From positions 81,505 through 145,504 of IMG/VR virus record IMGVR_UViG_3300020383_000006: a stretch of DNA of 64,000 bases. One strand, 5' to 3'. Shown in pieces: positions 36,733 through 47,065 of the stretch. The translations under genes were made by a program, and so were the position numbers. This DNA comes from a virus. How positions within the stretch are numbered: the stretch's first letter is position 1; each line of letters starts with the position of its first letter. Under the pieces are notes generated by a model. It searched no databases, was not told the DNA's origin, and worked only from the letters and a program-made list of their open reading frames with translations.

Positions 36733-39700
36733 ATGCTTCTTCCGAAATAATTGATAAACGTTGAGTATTGTCGTATGTAGGCACTGAGTGAGTAACCTCT
36801 AGCCTGTATGTCCTATTTGTTGTGGTCTGAAGCGAATCCGTAAACGTGAACGAACCATTAAGGTTCCATTCCTCTTTGTATTTAATAGTGCCTCCATAAG
36901 CTATATACGAACCCTGAATGGTATGTGAAGAAACCAGTATCTCACCACTTGAAGTCTGTCTGTAAAGTTTGAGCGTTGCTGTCGGGTCGCCTATACCGAC
37001 AGGTTGGCCACCGTTAGGTATATCTCTAAATGCAGATACAGCAATCGAGCTTTTGATTTCAATAATACCACCATTTGAACCAAACGGACCCAGTACAACG
37101 TCAACAGGTGAGCCTATGGTTGAGTTTTGTATTGCATTTTTCAGTGTACCAGCAGTAATTGATCCGCCGAAGTAAGCGCCACCTTGGTCATCTAGGTAAG
37201 TAATTGCATTGGCTTTTGTTAAGTTTCCGTACCTTGGTCCAGAAGAATTCCATGTATTAGAATTTCTTTCTCCATACCATTCTATAAGATTATTTGGTCC
37301 GAATGAATTAGCCGCTTGAACTTTCATGTAGTTAGAACCAATCATTTCAACTTTACCACCACGGATAACAGGTCCTGAAATCATAGTCCCAGCAATTAAT
37401 CTATCACCACCAACAGTACCGGAAGCAATAATGTCACCATTAACCATCAACCCTACTGCTTCCCAATCATTATTCGCAGAATTTCTTTTTCTTGCTTGAG
37501 AATCTGTCCCATCGCTTCTAGTTTGTACAAAAATATCGTTGGGTACTGGATTTCTTCCTGCTATATTGGTAAATCTAGAATACCCTAAAGACCAACTGAT
37601 TGAACTATAAGTTCCACCAAAGAAACCAGGACCAGTAGCACCGTCCTGACCATCAGTACCGTTGGAACCATCTTGACCATCTTGACCATCTTGACCTATG
37701 TATCTAACAAAAGTTTGACCAGAAACAGGTAAATTTGGTTGGTTAACACTTTCATAAAACGTTACCCATTCTTTTCCAGTTCCACTAAATGATTGCCCAC
37801 TACCGCTTGAATTGTCTGCATATATTGGCCAAATACTTTGTCCATCATTACCATCTTGGCCATCAGAACCGTCAGAACCATCTCTACCTTTAAACCTAAC
37901 AAAAGTCCCACCTACGGGCAGGGATGGTTTTGTTCCTACATATTCTACATATTGAACAAATTCCCTAGTTCCTTCTGTTAGGCTTTGATTTGAACCTGAA
38001 GAATTAGTAGCATAAACAACCAAAACTGAAGTTCCATCAGTTCCATCAGTTCCTGGAAGTCCTCGGTCACCTTTATCACCCTTGTCACCCTTGTCGCCCT
38101 TTTCACCTTTAACCTTATTCAAATCCCATGAACTGGCTGTACCATTTTCTATTTTTCTGGTAGCCATCCAAATAGTAGAAGTAGAGGAACTAGAACTCCA
38201 ATTTCCTGGATCAGTTCCTGGATTTCCTGGACTATTTTCTACTGAACTGTATTGAACTTGAAAATCAGCAGTATTAGTTAATTGTCTAGGCGTAGTCCAT
38301 CCTGATTGCTGAGGGGAAGCCCCGTCATTGGTAAATATTCTAGTAGACTGCCATAATTTAGCTTCTCCACTAGGGACTCCATCACTCCAACCACTTGGAA
38401 CAGGTGAAGAATATGAGCCGCCAGAAGGAGTAGACGGTGTTCCATTAGTTCTTTTAAACACAATAGATTTAAATGAACTTTGTCCAGTATCACCTTTTTC
38501 ACCAACAACTTCTATAGTAAAACTATCTATTAAAGTAATACCAGTATCACTGCTGTAGTTTACAATAAATAAAGGTCTAAAGAAATAGGCATTATCCCTT
38601 AGTGTGTTTGGATTATCTATTGTCCCATTACCAGAAGAATTAGCGGATTTTCCAGAAAAATACCCTTCATAAGTAGTCCATTCTGATGGAACATTTTCAG
38701 AACTCGCTGCAACGTAATATTGACTACTTGTAGAATCATCTCCATTATTATTGACATAACCAGTATCAGTCTGATTTCTACCAGCAACACCAAAATACGC
38801 AGTCCCATTACCAGCTGTTTGTTTAGCGACTACAGTAATTTTGTATTTCTTATTTGGGTCGTAAGGAATTGAACGGTTATTAACCATCCATCTTTGGTCA
38901 TTCCCACTATTATTCCCTATTTTTACTGAAGTCCCTCCAGTAAAAGAATCATTGTCTAGGGTCATTTCGCCTGAACCGGAAGTGGAGATCCAACCATTAT
39001 TTTGAGGTAACGTTTTAAAATAATCAGAATAATTACCTACCGCGTCATCACCCACATATCTAACAAAAGTTTGACCAGAAACAGGTAATGATGGCTGATT
39101 TACGCTTTCATAAAACGTTACCCAAGTTTTTCCTGCTTCACTAAATGATTGGTTTGAACCTGCTTCATCTTCCGCGTATATTGGCCAAATACTTTGTCCA
39201 TCATTACCATCTTGACCATCTTGACCATCAGTACCAATAAATCTAACAAATGTACCACTGACTGGTAATGACGGTTGGTTTCCTGTGTATTCTACGTACT
39301 GAACGAACTCCCTAGAACCTTGTGATAAACTTTGATTTGACCCTGAAGAATTAGTTGCATAAACAACTAAAACTGATGCCCCATCATTCCCGTCAGAACC
39401 ATTTGACCCGTCTACGCCATCTATAGATAAAACAACTGGTGCAGACCATTCTGAAGAAGGTATTGAGTCAGTTGTGTTTCTACTGAACGCAGTTGCTTGA
39501 GTCACCCATAGTACAGGACCTTCAGAATTATCTGGTGCAGTTTTACTCCAATCCGTATCTAAATTAGATAAAGAACCGTTACTGAAATTGTACGTAGTTG
39601 TGTTATTAACAATTCCTGGAGAACCGCCATATGATGTCCTTTTATAAAGGTAAATTGTTGCTGTATTATACCCGTCTACACCATCACTACCATCACTACC

Positions 39701-42700
39701 GTCCGATCCATCTTCAGATAATATTTCTGGAGAAGTCCACTCAGAACTAGAAATAGTATCAGTATTAGAACGACTAGAAGCTGTGGCAACTGTTACCCAT
39801 AATGGATTGCCATTTTTACTAGGCATAGTTTTGCTCCAACCTGATGGAGCATTCCAAGATTTCGTAGAAAACGTATATGAAACGTTTGTGCTAACTGGGC
39901 TAGGACTAGAAGCTGATCTTGTATACAAATAAAGGGTAGCTTGGTTATACCCGTCTACGCCATTAACTCCATCAGTACCGTCTTCACCCTTATCACCTTT
40001 TTCACCTTTAACTTTACTAACTTCCCAAGGTTGTTCTTGGTTATCAATAATTCTTCTTGTCGCCATCCATATAGTATTCTCAGAAGCAGTAGATGACCAA
40101 CCTGCAGAATTACTTAATGGCGTTCCTGGTGCTTCCAAAATAGAACTGTATTGAACTTCAAAATCAGATGTATTGGTTAGCTTCTGTGGTTCTGTCCAAT
40201 TATTTTCTTGTGGTGATTGACCATCATCAGTGAAAATTCTAGTTGATTGCCATAAAGGATTTTGACCTGAAGGGACTCCGTCACTCCAACCACTTGGTAC
40301 AGGTGATGAATAAGAACCACCACTAGGGACAGAAGGCTTAGAGGTAGCACGTTTAAACACAATGGATTTAAACGAACTTTGTCCAACGTTACCCGTTACA
40401 CCTTGCTTAGATTTTGAGATGGTGTAACTTTTTGTTATTGTTGTCCCTTCAAACGTTGCAGATAATTCAAACGTTTCAGAATCAGAACTCCATGAAGAAC
40501 CGGATAACGTATAATTACCGCTCGTATCTATAGAAATGGATAGACCGTTTTTAGTTGTTGATCCGCTATAACTAACACCTGATGTTACTTTATTAGATCC
40601 TTTGAATATTTCAAAAGTACCACCTGAACTAGCAAGGGAATATGAATCACCTGAACTATTCGCTGATACAATATGACTTTCATTAGAAAGGTATCCAATT
40701 ATATTTTTAGAACCATCAACTAATCTTACAACCGTTATTTCATCAGATAAACCATCTTTAGAAGCAGTAACAGTAACTGATTGGTTGTTGCCGAATTCAT
40801 TTACGTCTAATGTTTTGTTTCCATTGGTATCAGTACCGAACGTTAACGACCTATTATTATAAAAAGATAATGACCCGTCTAAATTAGATTCTTGGACAGT
40901 AAACGTTATTAATTGGTTACTTGGGTCGGCATTATTATCCCCATCAAAATGGAAAGATTGTGAATCTGAACTAAGTTTTAAAACCTTAGCGTTTTCTCCT
41001 TTCTGCCCTTCTTTAGACTTAGATAAAGAGAATTGCTTAGTGATCGTGGTTCCTTCATAAGAAGCTGATATATCAAAAACTTCAGATTCAGTAGACCATG
41101 AACTTCCGCTGACAGAATATGAACCATCAGAACCAACGTTCAATACTAATCCATTTTTGGTTGCGTCACCACTAAATGAAGCCGATGAAGTAACTTCTTC
41201 AGAACCTTTAAATATTCTAAATTGTCCCGAAGCACCAGAAAAACTTATAGGTGTACCGTTCGGAGTAGCACTGATATTGTGGCTCTCATTTGATAAGAAA
41301 CCTGTTATAACTTCTGAACCATCTTCTAATCTAACGATTGTTATTTCATCAGAAAGCCCATCTTGAGTAACAGTCACTGTCACATAATTATTAGACCCAA
41401 AAGAAGAAACAGGGATATTAATTTGATTTGTTGAATCATTAAAATATGTAATTCCTGGGTCAGTAGAAAATGACGGTGAACCATTTAGATTAGAAGATTG
41501 TGTGTATAAGGCAATTTGTTGACCTGTAGGGTCAGGTTCGCCGTCTCCATTATATCTAAACGCTTGGGCACTAGCAACCAGTTTTAATGATTTAGCATTA
41601 TCACCTTTTTCACCTTTAATTAATGAAACGTTCCAAGGTTTAGGTTCACCGTTTTCAATTTTTCTTTGTGCTAACCAATTTGTAGAATTAGTTGCATTAT
41701 CCAACCAATTAGTAGGATTATCATCTGGGTTACCAGGATTACTACTTTGTGAAATTTCACTGTATTTAAAAATATTGTTTTCAGTTGTAGCAATTTCTCT
41801 AGGTGTAGTCCAGCTTGATTGTTGCGGTGATTCACCGTCATCAGTAAAGATACGGGTTGTTTGCCACAACTTAGCTTCGCCTGTAGGAATACCGTCTGAC
41901 CAACCGTTTGGTAAAGGATCAGAGTATGAACCGCCTGTTGGGGTGGCTGGCGTAACATTAGAACGTAAAAATGCAATAGATTTAAACGTACTTTGGCTAT
42001 CCGGTGATTTAAAGTTAGAAGGTGATGACCAAGTAGAACCAGCCGCGAATTGTGTACCATCAGCAATTTTTGTTGAAGTAATAACCCAAACTTTACCAAC
42101 TGTATTCGGTGGTGTTAAGCTCCACCCATTAGGTTCTAATGCAGTAGGTGTGGCTGGTTGTGTTTCAGAAGCTTTATATCTGAATTCAACGTAATTACCG
42201 TCTAATGCACGAATGTCATTTTCACCGCCTACTTCATATCCGTCATTTTGTAGACGTAATTTACCTTTTATGACTAGTGTATCTTCCGCTTCGTCATAAT
42301 ACAAACGGTCACTATTTTGTACAGTAACTTTAAACCCTTTATTCGCAACGGCATTACCAAACTTATCAACATAAAATACTGAGTTCGCTTGGTTAATTCC
42401 ACCTGATAGAGAATCATCACCGTACCAATAAGGGAAATTATCATCACCAATAACGACTCTTACTCCAGGATCAGATTCAGTCGTGATAGTTGAACCAACA
42501 ACTGTACCACCTGTAACTGTACCACCCAGAATATTAGGTGATGAAATAGAACTCCCAACGGCTAAATCACCGTCAAATACCATTCTTCTTTCGTTGGTAT
42601 TAAGATATAAAGCATTGATTAAATTATCGCTGTTGTCATAATAATTAACACTGAATGTATCGGCAATCACTGAAAAATCAGAAGTTGAACCATCGTTCGT

Positions 42701-44143
42701 ATTAATAAACCCTGATACATATCCATCAACATCAGTTAATACCGCTCCGCGTGCTATTACCCCGCCGTCTTGAGTACTTTCAAATGCTTCTGCGATTTGT
42801 GACACTCTAGCTGTTTGTCCATCAGCGGTAGTAACCCCAACCTTTCTGACAGCTGTAGATAATGGGGAACCGACCCATTCACCGCCTTGTAAAGAGCATT
42901 CGTCAGGTGTTTCCGCTGAAGTAGGTGAACCATCAATTTGACAATAACCGACTCTAGAATTTAACTCATCAGTTGCATCAGCTCTAGCGTAACCAATTTC
43001 AGCGTCTAATTGTGTTATATCAGAAGCCAACGCTTGGTAGTTATTTGAAACGGTAATTTGTAAAGAATCTAATTCTGAAGTGATAATATAATTTTCGGTA
43101 GCAAAAACTGTATCCAATTCAGTTATAGATTTTGCAATAGCGCCATTAGGACCTGTTAATGTTACTAAGTCCTGAACTGCCAATGCAAGCTGAGTTCCTT
43201 CTTCCACTGCACCTAATCTATATAATCCGACATCAATCTCAGTCAGAGCTTGCTGAATCTCTTTACTAAGGATTCTATCTTCATTATTAGATATTCTTGT
43301 TTGTGTTGAGGTAAGGGTAGTTGTTTGTTGTGCTAAGGAACTATTTAAATCAGAAACAGTTCTTTCTACTGTATCAACGCTTGCTATAGAAGCATATTCT
43401 TCGGCAACAAAAGATAATAGATTATCTTCTGATTGAGCAATTGCCCCACCAGGACCTGTTATGGCTGTATCTAATTCAGATATTGCCGCGTTTCTTTGGT
43501 ATTGTTCGTCATCAATTTGTGATTCTAAATCAGTGCGTGTTTGTGCTATCGCTTCATCTTGATAAACTAGGGTAGTTTGTATGTTAGAAATTTCAGCTTG
43601 GCGATAAGAAGCTTCATCATTTAATTCAGCCGTTAATTCTTCTCTGGTTTGAGTAATGGCAAACTCATTATCAGCGACAGAAACAGCAAGGTTTTCTAAT
43701 CCAGCTAACACATAATTATCACCGTCGATAATTTGTGCTTCTAGATTAGATTGTACGTAATCAATTTCCCCTTGGAAATAGTTTTGGTTGTCAATAATAT
43801 CATCAATAGTCATAGAAAAACTTTCAACTCTATCATTAACTTCATTGACTTTGTCGTTAGCTTCTGTTTCTATACGTTCAATTTCATTATTAAACAATGA
43901 AAATCGGTCGTCAACGTCTTGAATCGTGTAATCAATTAAGCTATTAATTTCGGAAATGTCATAATTTAAATCATCAACGTATTGCGAAATTTCATATTGA
44001 ATCGCATCGTTAAGTTGAGAAGCTATTTCTGAATTGGAAAGGTTAAAGTTTCCTTCGTGATAAACTTCATTACCACCTTCAGCAAACATTTTACCGTCGG
44101 CGGCAAGCGTACCTTTAATTTGAGTATCTTTTAACTGAGCCAT
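36731..44143 (-). CDS. giant tail fibre/host-specificity protein (J/DUF1983-like region, collagen-like G-x-D-G repeats, duplicated modules, CBM-like domain)
   Basis: Coiled coil, TDVDGYVSGF...SDFSVIADTF, KGEKGDKG and DGQDGQDG runs, three QS(S/T)FKSI modules. Confidence 0.8.
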   Translation of the reverse strand: MAQLKDTQIKGTLAADGKMFAEGGNEVYHEGNFNLSNSEIASQLNDAIQYEISQYVDDLNYDISEINSLIDYTIQDVDDRFSLFNNEIERIETEANDKVNEVNDRVESFSMTIDDIIDNQNYFQGEIDYVQSNLEAQIIDGDNYVLAGLENLAVSVADNEFAITQTREELTAELNDEASYRQAEISNIQTTLVYQDEAIAQTRTDLESQIDDEQYQRNAAISELDTAITGPGGAIAQSEDNLLSFVAEEYASIASVDTVERTVSDLNSSLAQQTTTLTSTQTRISNNEDRILSKEIQQALTEIDVGLYRLGAVEEGTQLALAVQDLVTLTGPNGAIAKSITELDTVFATENYIITSELDSLQITVSNNYQALASDITQLDAEIGYARADATDELNSRVGYCQIDGSPTSAETPDECSLQGGEWVGSPLSTAVRKVGVTTADGQTARVSQIAEAFESTQDGGVIARGAVLTDVDGYVSGFINTNDGSTSDFSVIADTFSVNYYDNSDNLINALYLNTNERRMVFDGDLAVGSSISSPNILGGTVTGGTVVGSTITTESDPGVRVVIGDDNFPYWYGDDSLSGGINQANSVFYVDKFGNAVANKGFKVTVQNSDRLYYDEAEDTLVIKGKLRLQNDGYEVGGENDIRALDGNYVEFRYKASETQPATPTALEPNGWSLTPPNTVGKVWVITSTKIADGTQFAAGSTWSSPSNFKSPDSQSTFKSIAFLRSNVTPATPTGGSYSDPLPNGWSDGIPTGEAKLWQTTRIFTDDGESPQQSSWTTPREIATTENNIFKYSEISQSSNPGNPDDNPTNWLDNATNSTNWLAQRKIENGEPKPWNVSLIKGEKGDNAKSLKLVASAQAFRYNGDGEPDPTGQQIALYTQSSNLNGSPSFSTDPGITYFNDSTNQINIPVSSFGSNNYVTVTVTQDGLSDEITIVRLEDGSEVITGFLSNESHNISATPNGTPISFSGASGQFRIFKGSEEVTSSASFSGDATKNGLVLNVGSDGSYSVSGSSWSTESEVFDISASYEGTTITKQFSLSKSKEGQKGENAKVLKLSSDSQSFHFDGDNNADPSNQLITFTVQESNLDGSLSFYNNRSLTFGTDTNGNKTLDVNEFGNNQSVTVTASKDGLSDEITVVRLVDGSKNIIGYLSNESHIVSANSSGDSYSLASSGGTFEIFKGSNKVTSGVSYSGSTTKNGLSISIDTSGNYTLSGSSWSSDSETFELSATFEGTTITKSYTISKSKQGVTGNVGQSSFKSIVFKRATSKPSVPSGGSYSSPVPSGWSDGVPSGQNPLWQSTRIFTDDGQSPQENNWTEPQKLTNTSDFEVQYSSILEAPGTPLSNSAGWSSTASENTIWMATRRIIDNQEQPWEVSKVKGEKGDKGEDGTDGVNGVDGYNQATLYLYTRSASSPSPVSTNVSYTFSTKSWNAPSGWSKTMPSKNGNPLWVTVATASSRSNTDTISSSEWTSPEILSEDGSDGSDGSDGVDGYNTATIYLYKRTSYGGSPGIVNNTTTYNFSNGSLSNLDTDWSKTAPDNSEGPVLWVTQATAFSRNTTDSIPSSEWSAPVVLSIDGVDGSNGSDGNDGASVLVVYATNSSGSNQSLSQGSREFVQYVEYTGNQPSLPVSGTFVRFIGTDGQDGQDGNDGQSIWPIYAEDEAGSNQSFSEAGKTWVTFYESVNQPSLPVSGQTFVRYVGDDAVGNYSDYFKTLPQNNGWISTSGSGEMTLDNDSFTGGTSVKIGNNSGNDQRWMVNNRSIPYDPNKKYKITVVAKQTAGNGTAYFGVAGRNQTDTGYVNNNGDDSTSSQYYVAASSENVPSEWTTYEGYFSGKSANSSGNGTIDNPNTLRDNAYFFRPLFIVNYSSDTGITLIDSFTIEVVGEKGDTGQSSFKSIVFKRTNGTPSTPSGGSYSSPVPSGWSDGVPSGEAKLWQSTRIFTNDGASPQQSGWTTPRQLTNTADFQVQYSSVENSPGNPGTDPGNWSSSSSTSTIWMATRKIENGTASSWDLNKVKGEKGDKGDKGDKGDRGLPGTDGTDGTSVLVVYATNSSGSNQSLTEGTREFVQYVEYVGTKPSLPVGGTFVRFKGRDGSDGSDGQDGNDGQSIWPIYADNSSGSGQSFSGTGKEWVTFYESVNQPNLPVSGQTFVRYIGQDGQDGQDGSNGTDGQDGATGPGFFGGTYSSISWSLGYSRFTNIAGRNPVPNDIFVQTRSDGTDSQARKRNSANNDWEAVGLMVNGDIIASGTVGGDRLIAGTMISGPVIRGGKVEMIGSNYMKVQAANSFGPNNLIEWYGERNSNTWNSSGPRYGNLTKANAITYLDDQGGAYFGGSITAGTLKNAIQNSTIGSPVDVVLGPFGSNGGIIEIKSSIAVSAFRDIPNGGQPVGIGDPTATLKLYRQTSSGEILVSSHTIQGSYIAYGGTIKYKEEWNLNGSFTFTDSLQTTTNRTYRLEVTHSVPTYDNTQRLSIISEEA

Positions 44144-44184
44144 TTTTACCCTAAATTTTTACTTAAAAAGCATTATATTTAAGA

Positions 44185-44192
44185 TATTTATA
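44185..44192 (-). promoter_or_regulatory. late promoter TATAAATA
   Basis: Exact consensus upstream of the giant fibre gene. Confidence 0.75.
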
Positions 44193-44990
44193 TTACTCAA
44201 TAAAAAGTTTAAACCCTGCTGGAGCTAAATTATTTCTAATGTATTCAGCGTAGTCATTTATTTGTTGATTTGTTCTAACCACAAAAGAATATACTGAGTA
44301 ATAATAACTATCTTGTAATAATGAATTGTTTGACAGGTGACTTTTTTCTGTTATATAAAACCCTTGCGTTTTTTCTGAATTTTGTATAACATTAAACGTA
44401 TTATCACCGATTTGTATCGTATCCCCAATACTGTAAGTTGTTTTTGGTTTAACGAATATTAACTCTATTGTTTCATTTCCTGGAGTTACATCACTTACAA
44501 AATTATAACGATCTAAGTAGGCTTCTCCATTATTCATTATTTGTTCATCAGGCAATACGCCTTCATAATCTACAACCACAAGGTATTCATCATTTACATA
44601 ACGGGATTCCGATAAAGAAAATATATCATCTTTCGGGTTATAGAATTCTAGATCATTATCCCCAATTAGTGCCTTTATCAAAAATTGATAAGAAAGTCTA
44701 GAACCTCTAGAAGCGTTAAACTTCTTAGATAACTTAATTAATAATTCTTTAATATCAGTTGTGTCTTGTTTAGGTAAAGACCCCAGATATTCTCGCTCCA
44801 TTAATTCTACGTACTTATCAAGCGGTTCTTCAAAAGATAATCTTTTTGTGTGACGCTTAATATTGTATTGTGCATTATCCGGTTGGGAACACCATTCATA
44901 ATAAGCAACCAAAAAATCCACGAACCTAGGATTATTCCTTAAAATATGTTTCGGGATTTGCGAAATAATTTTATTTTTAGTAGAGATCAT
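44193..44990 (-). CDS. baseplate wedge protein, compact gp7-like
   Basis: QIPKHI..NPRFVDFLVAYYEW, RGSRLSYQFL, LQDSYYYSVYSFVV, PAGFKLF; follows gp6. Confidence 0.75.
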   Translation of the reverse strand: MISTKNKIISQIPKHILRNNPRFVDFLVAYYEWCSQPDNAQYNIKRHTKRLSFEEPLDKYVELMEREYLGSLPKQDTTDIKELLIKLSKKFNASRGSRLSYQFLIKALIGDNDLEFYNPKDDIFSLSESRYVNDEYLVVVDYEGVLPDEQIMNNGEAYLDRYNFVSDVTPGNETIELIFVKPKTTYSIGDTIQIGDNTFNVIQNSEKTQGFYITEKSHLSNNSLLQDSYYYSVYSFVVRTNQQINDYAEYIRNNLAPAGFKLFIE

Positions 44991-44993
44991 TGA

Positions 44994-46682
44994 TTAAACC
45001 TCTTCTACTGTCGAACCAACAATATCTATATAGAAATTATTGTTAGCGTATATATTTTCATTTTCCGGTTTAGCTTCAATTTCTATAACTGGAGCATCTT
45101 GAATCATGTTCATTGAAAATTGAACAACGCCTTGTTGGTAATCAACGCTACCAACTTGTTTATTCACAGAAACATTATTTTCTATATATTCTAATAAAAT
45201 ATCACCGTCAACATCGTATAACATATGTTCCGTTGCGTTAGAATTAACAATAAAGTTTTCCATTATAACGGAACCGCTTTTAATCGGGTTATTAAAATCA
45301 ATTTTATAAAAAGCACCGTTTGATCTATTAACTTCTATATCAATTAGCACCTTGGGATATATTTCAATATATTCTAATCCTTGAATTGATTTAGCTCTAG
45401 CAGTTAATTCTGAATCATTGAAATATCCGGAAAAATTATTTAATTCTTTTTCGTTATAGTTGTTAATAATAGACTGAACATCAGCCCATATTTGGTTAAA
45501 TGTTTTGTTTGTGCTTGAGTAATCAACTTTTATTTTGTTTTCTAACTCAATAGAAATCTTTTTAGGTTCAACAAATTTAAGGTCAACTGAACCAACATAA
45601 TAATCTTCAAAGAAACTATTGATATTTTCTTCTATGGATCTAGTAATGATTTCGTCATTCTTCAGGATTGCACTATAATACACTCTTCCATTACCAGACC
45701 AAAACTTAGAAGATTTAATCGCATATCCCGATTGTTTTAACAATAAGGAATAATCAGAAATTGACAATGATCTTTCCTGTGCTTCATAAGCTCTAGGCGC
45801 GTTAAAACGTATTTCTTCTATAGATTCTTTATCTTGACCGCCACTCGCTTTTTCTGAAACATTAACTATGGCGTTAGAATACCCTTCTATTGTAGAAATC
45901 AAAGAAAAACTATTAGCACCGTTAGCAAAATTGTCTTCACAAACAATATACTCTAGCGTTACAACTGAAGAATCAGTCGGTTCATTTCCTAATCTATCTT
46001 TACCAAACTCAATATAATATTTTCCAGAAGAATCTTCAGAAATAAAGTACAAATTAGAATTATTAACAATATCTTTTATTGAACTTGCTCTGGTATATGA
46101 CGTAACGCTTCCTGAGGAGTCCGCTACAACGTTTAACGTATCTATATCAGCTAGGTTATTAGGGATATAAATTTTATCGCCTTTAAGGTGCGTTGAGCGC
46201 GTTACAGTCAATGTTCCTTGAAACAATTCAACATCATTAACAACATATTGATTAGAACCATTAAGTGCTAATGTGTATGGTTGCATTGTGGTGAACGTAT
46301 AAGTTTCACCATCATACATTGATACGAACTTTGTACCCTTTGGTGCAACAATAGAACTCGGTAAAGAAGTTGTTACTTCAGGAACGACCGTTAAATCAAC
46401 TTTTGCTTTAGAACAATTTGTTGATCTAGGCAAGTAAGAAAGTTTTTGTGCTTGTGAGGAAACGTTTCCACGAACTTGTGCCGTCTGTATAAATGATTCA
46501 TTAGCCATCATATGGGCTAGATATGAATCATACATATTATTTCTTACTAAAAGGTCTACAAGCGTATTAATACCAGAACCTTCAAAATCAAAATCACCAA
46601 ACTTACCTGTTGATGATAAGAAATCAATAAGGTTTTGTTTAATGTCTTGATGGTCTAATTTTGTTAAGTCTAGTTCTGTCAT
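44994..46682 (-). CDS. gp6: baseplate wedge subunit
   Basis: IKQNLIDFL..F.DFDFEGSG, ANESFIQTA, GGQDKESIEEIRFNAPR. Confidence 0.93.
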   Translation of the reverse strand: MTELDLTKLDHQDIKQNLIDFLSSTGKFGDFDFEGSGINTLVDLLVRNNMYDSYLAHMMANESFIQTAQVRGNVSSQAQKLSYLPRSTNCSKAKVDLTVVPEVTTSLPSSIVAPKGTKFVSMYDGETYTFTTMQPYTLALNGSNQYVVNDVELFQGTLTVTRSTHLKGDKIYIPNNLADIDTLNVVADSSGSVTSYTRASSIKDIVNNSNLYFISEDSSGKYYIEFGKDRLGNEPTDSSVVTLEYIVCEDNFANGANSFSLISTIEGYSNAIVNVSEKASGGQDKESIEEIRFNAPRAYEAQERSLSISDYSLLLKQSGYAIKSSKFWSGNGRVYYSAILKNDEIITRSIEENINSFFEDYYVGSVDLKFVEPKKISIELENKIKVDYSSTNKTFNQIWADVQSIINNYNEKELNNFSGYFNDSELTARAKSIQGLEYIEIYPKVLIDIEVNRSNGAFYKIDFNNPIKSGSVIMENFIVNSNATEHMLYDVDGDILLEYIENNVSVNKQVGSVDYQQGVVQFSMNMIQDAPVIEIEAKPENENIYANNNFYIDIVGSTVEEV

Positions 46683-46683
46683 C

Positions 46684-47061
46684 TTATCTTAACCTTTCTA
46701 ATTCGATTCTAAATGATCTTTCTTCTGGATCATTAAAGATATTGTAATAAATGAAAATATCAAGCGTATTTTCATATTGTCTTGAAGTTGTTACATCAAT
46801 CCTAACAACTTCAACGTCTTTTTCAAAAACTTTTAAAACCCGTTCTATATTGGTTTTTATTGTTTCTTTAAGTAACGGGTCATCGTTTTCAAATAAAGAA
46901 GCTCCAATATCAGAATAAACTTCTATATTGAACCCTCTTTCATAGTAATTTGTTAGGATGAGGTTCTTCATTGATTGCTCAATAGCCATAACCCCTTTTT
47001 TTGTATTTATATCCCCCGTTAAAGGATGAGGATTAAAATTCAAATCTATATCTTTCCTCAT
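46684..47061 (-). CDS. gp25: baseplate wedge subunit
   Basis: KDIDLNFNPHPLTGD, AIEQSMKNLILTNYYER. Confidence 0.92.
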   Translation of the reverse strand: MRKDIDLNFNPHPLTGDINTKKGVMAIEQSMKNLILTNYYERGFNIEVYSDIGASLFENDDPLLKETIKTNIERVLKVFEKDVEVVRIDVTTSRQYENTLDIFIYYNIFNDPEERSFRIELERLR

Positions 47062-47065
47062 CTTC

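Noticed and set aside
37680-42000. Near-identical duplicated segments as a DGR template/variable pair
   Set aside because: Both copies are coding modules of one gene, the differences look mostly synonymous, and no reverse transcriptase is present in the window.
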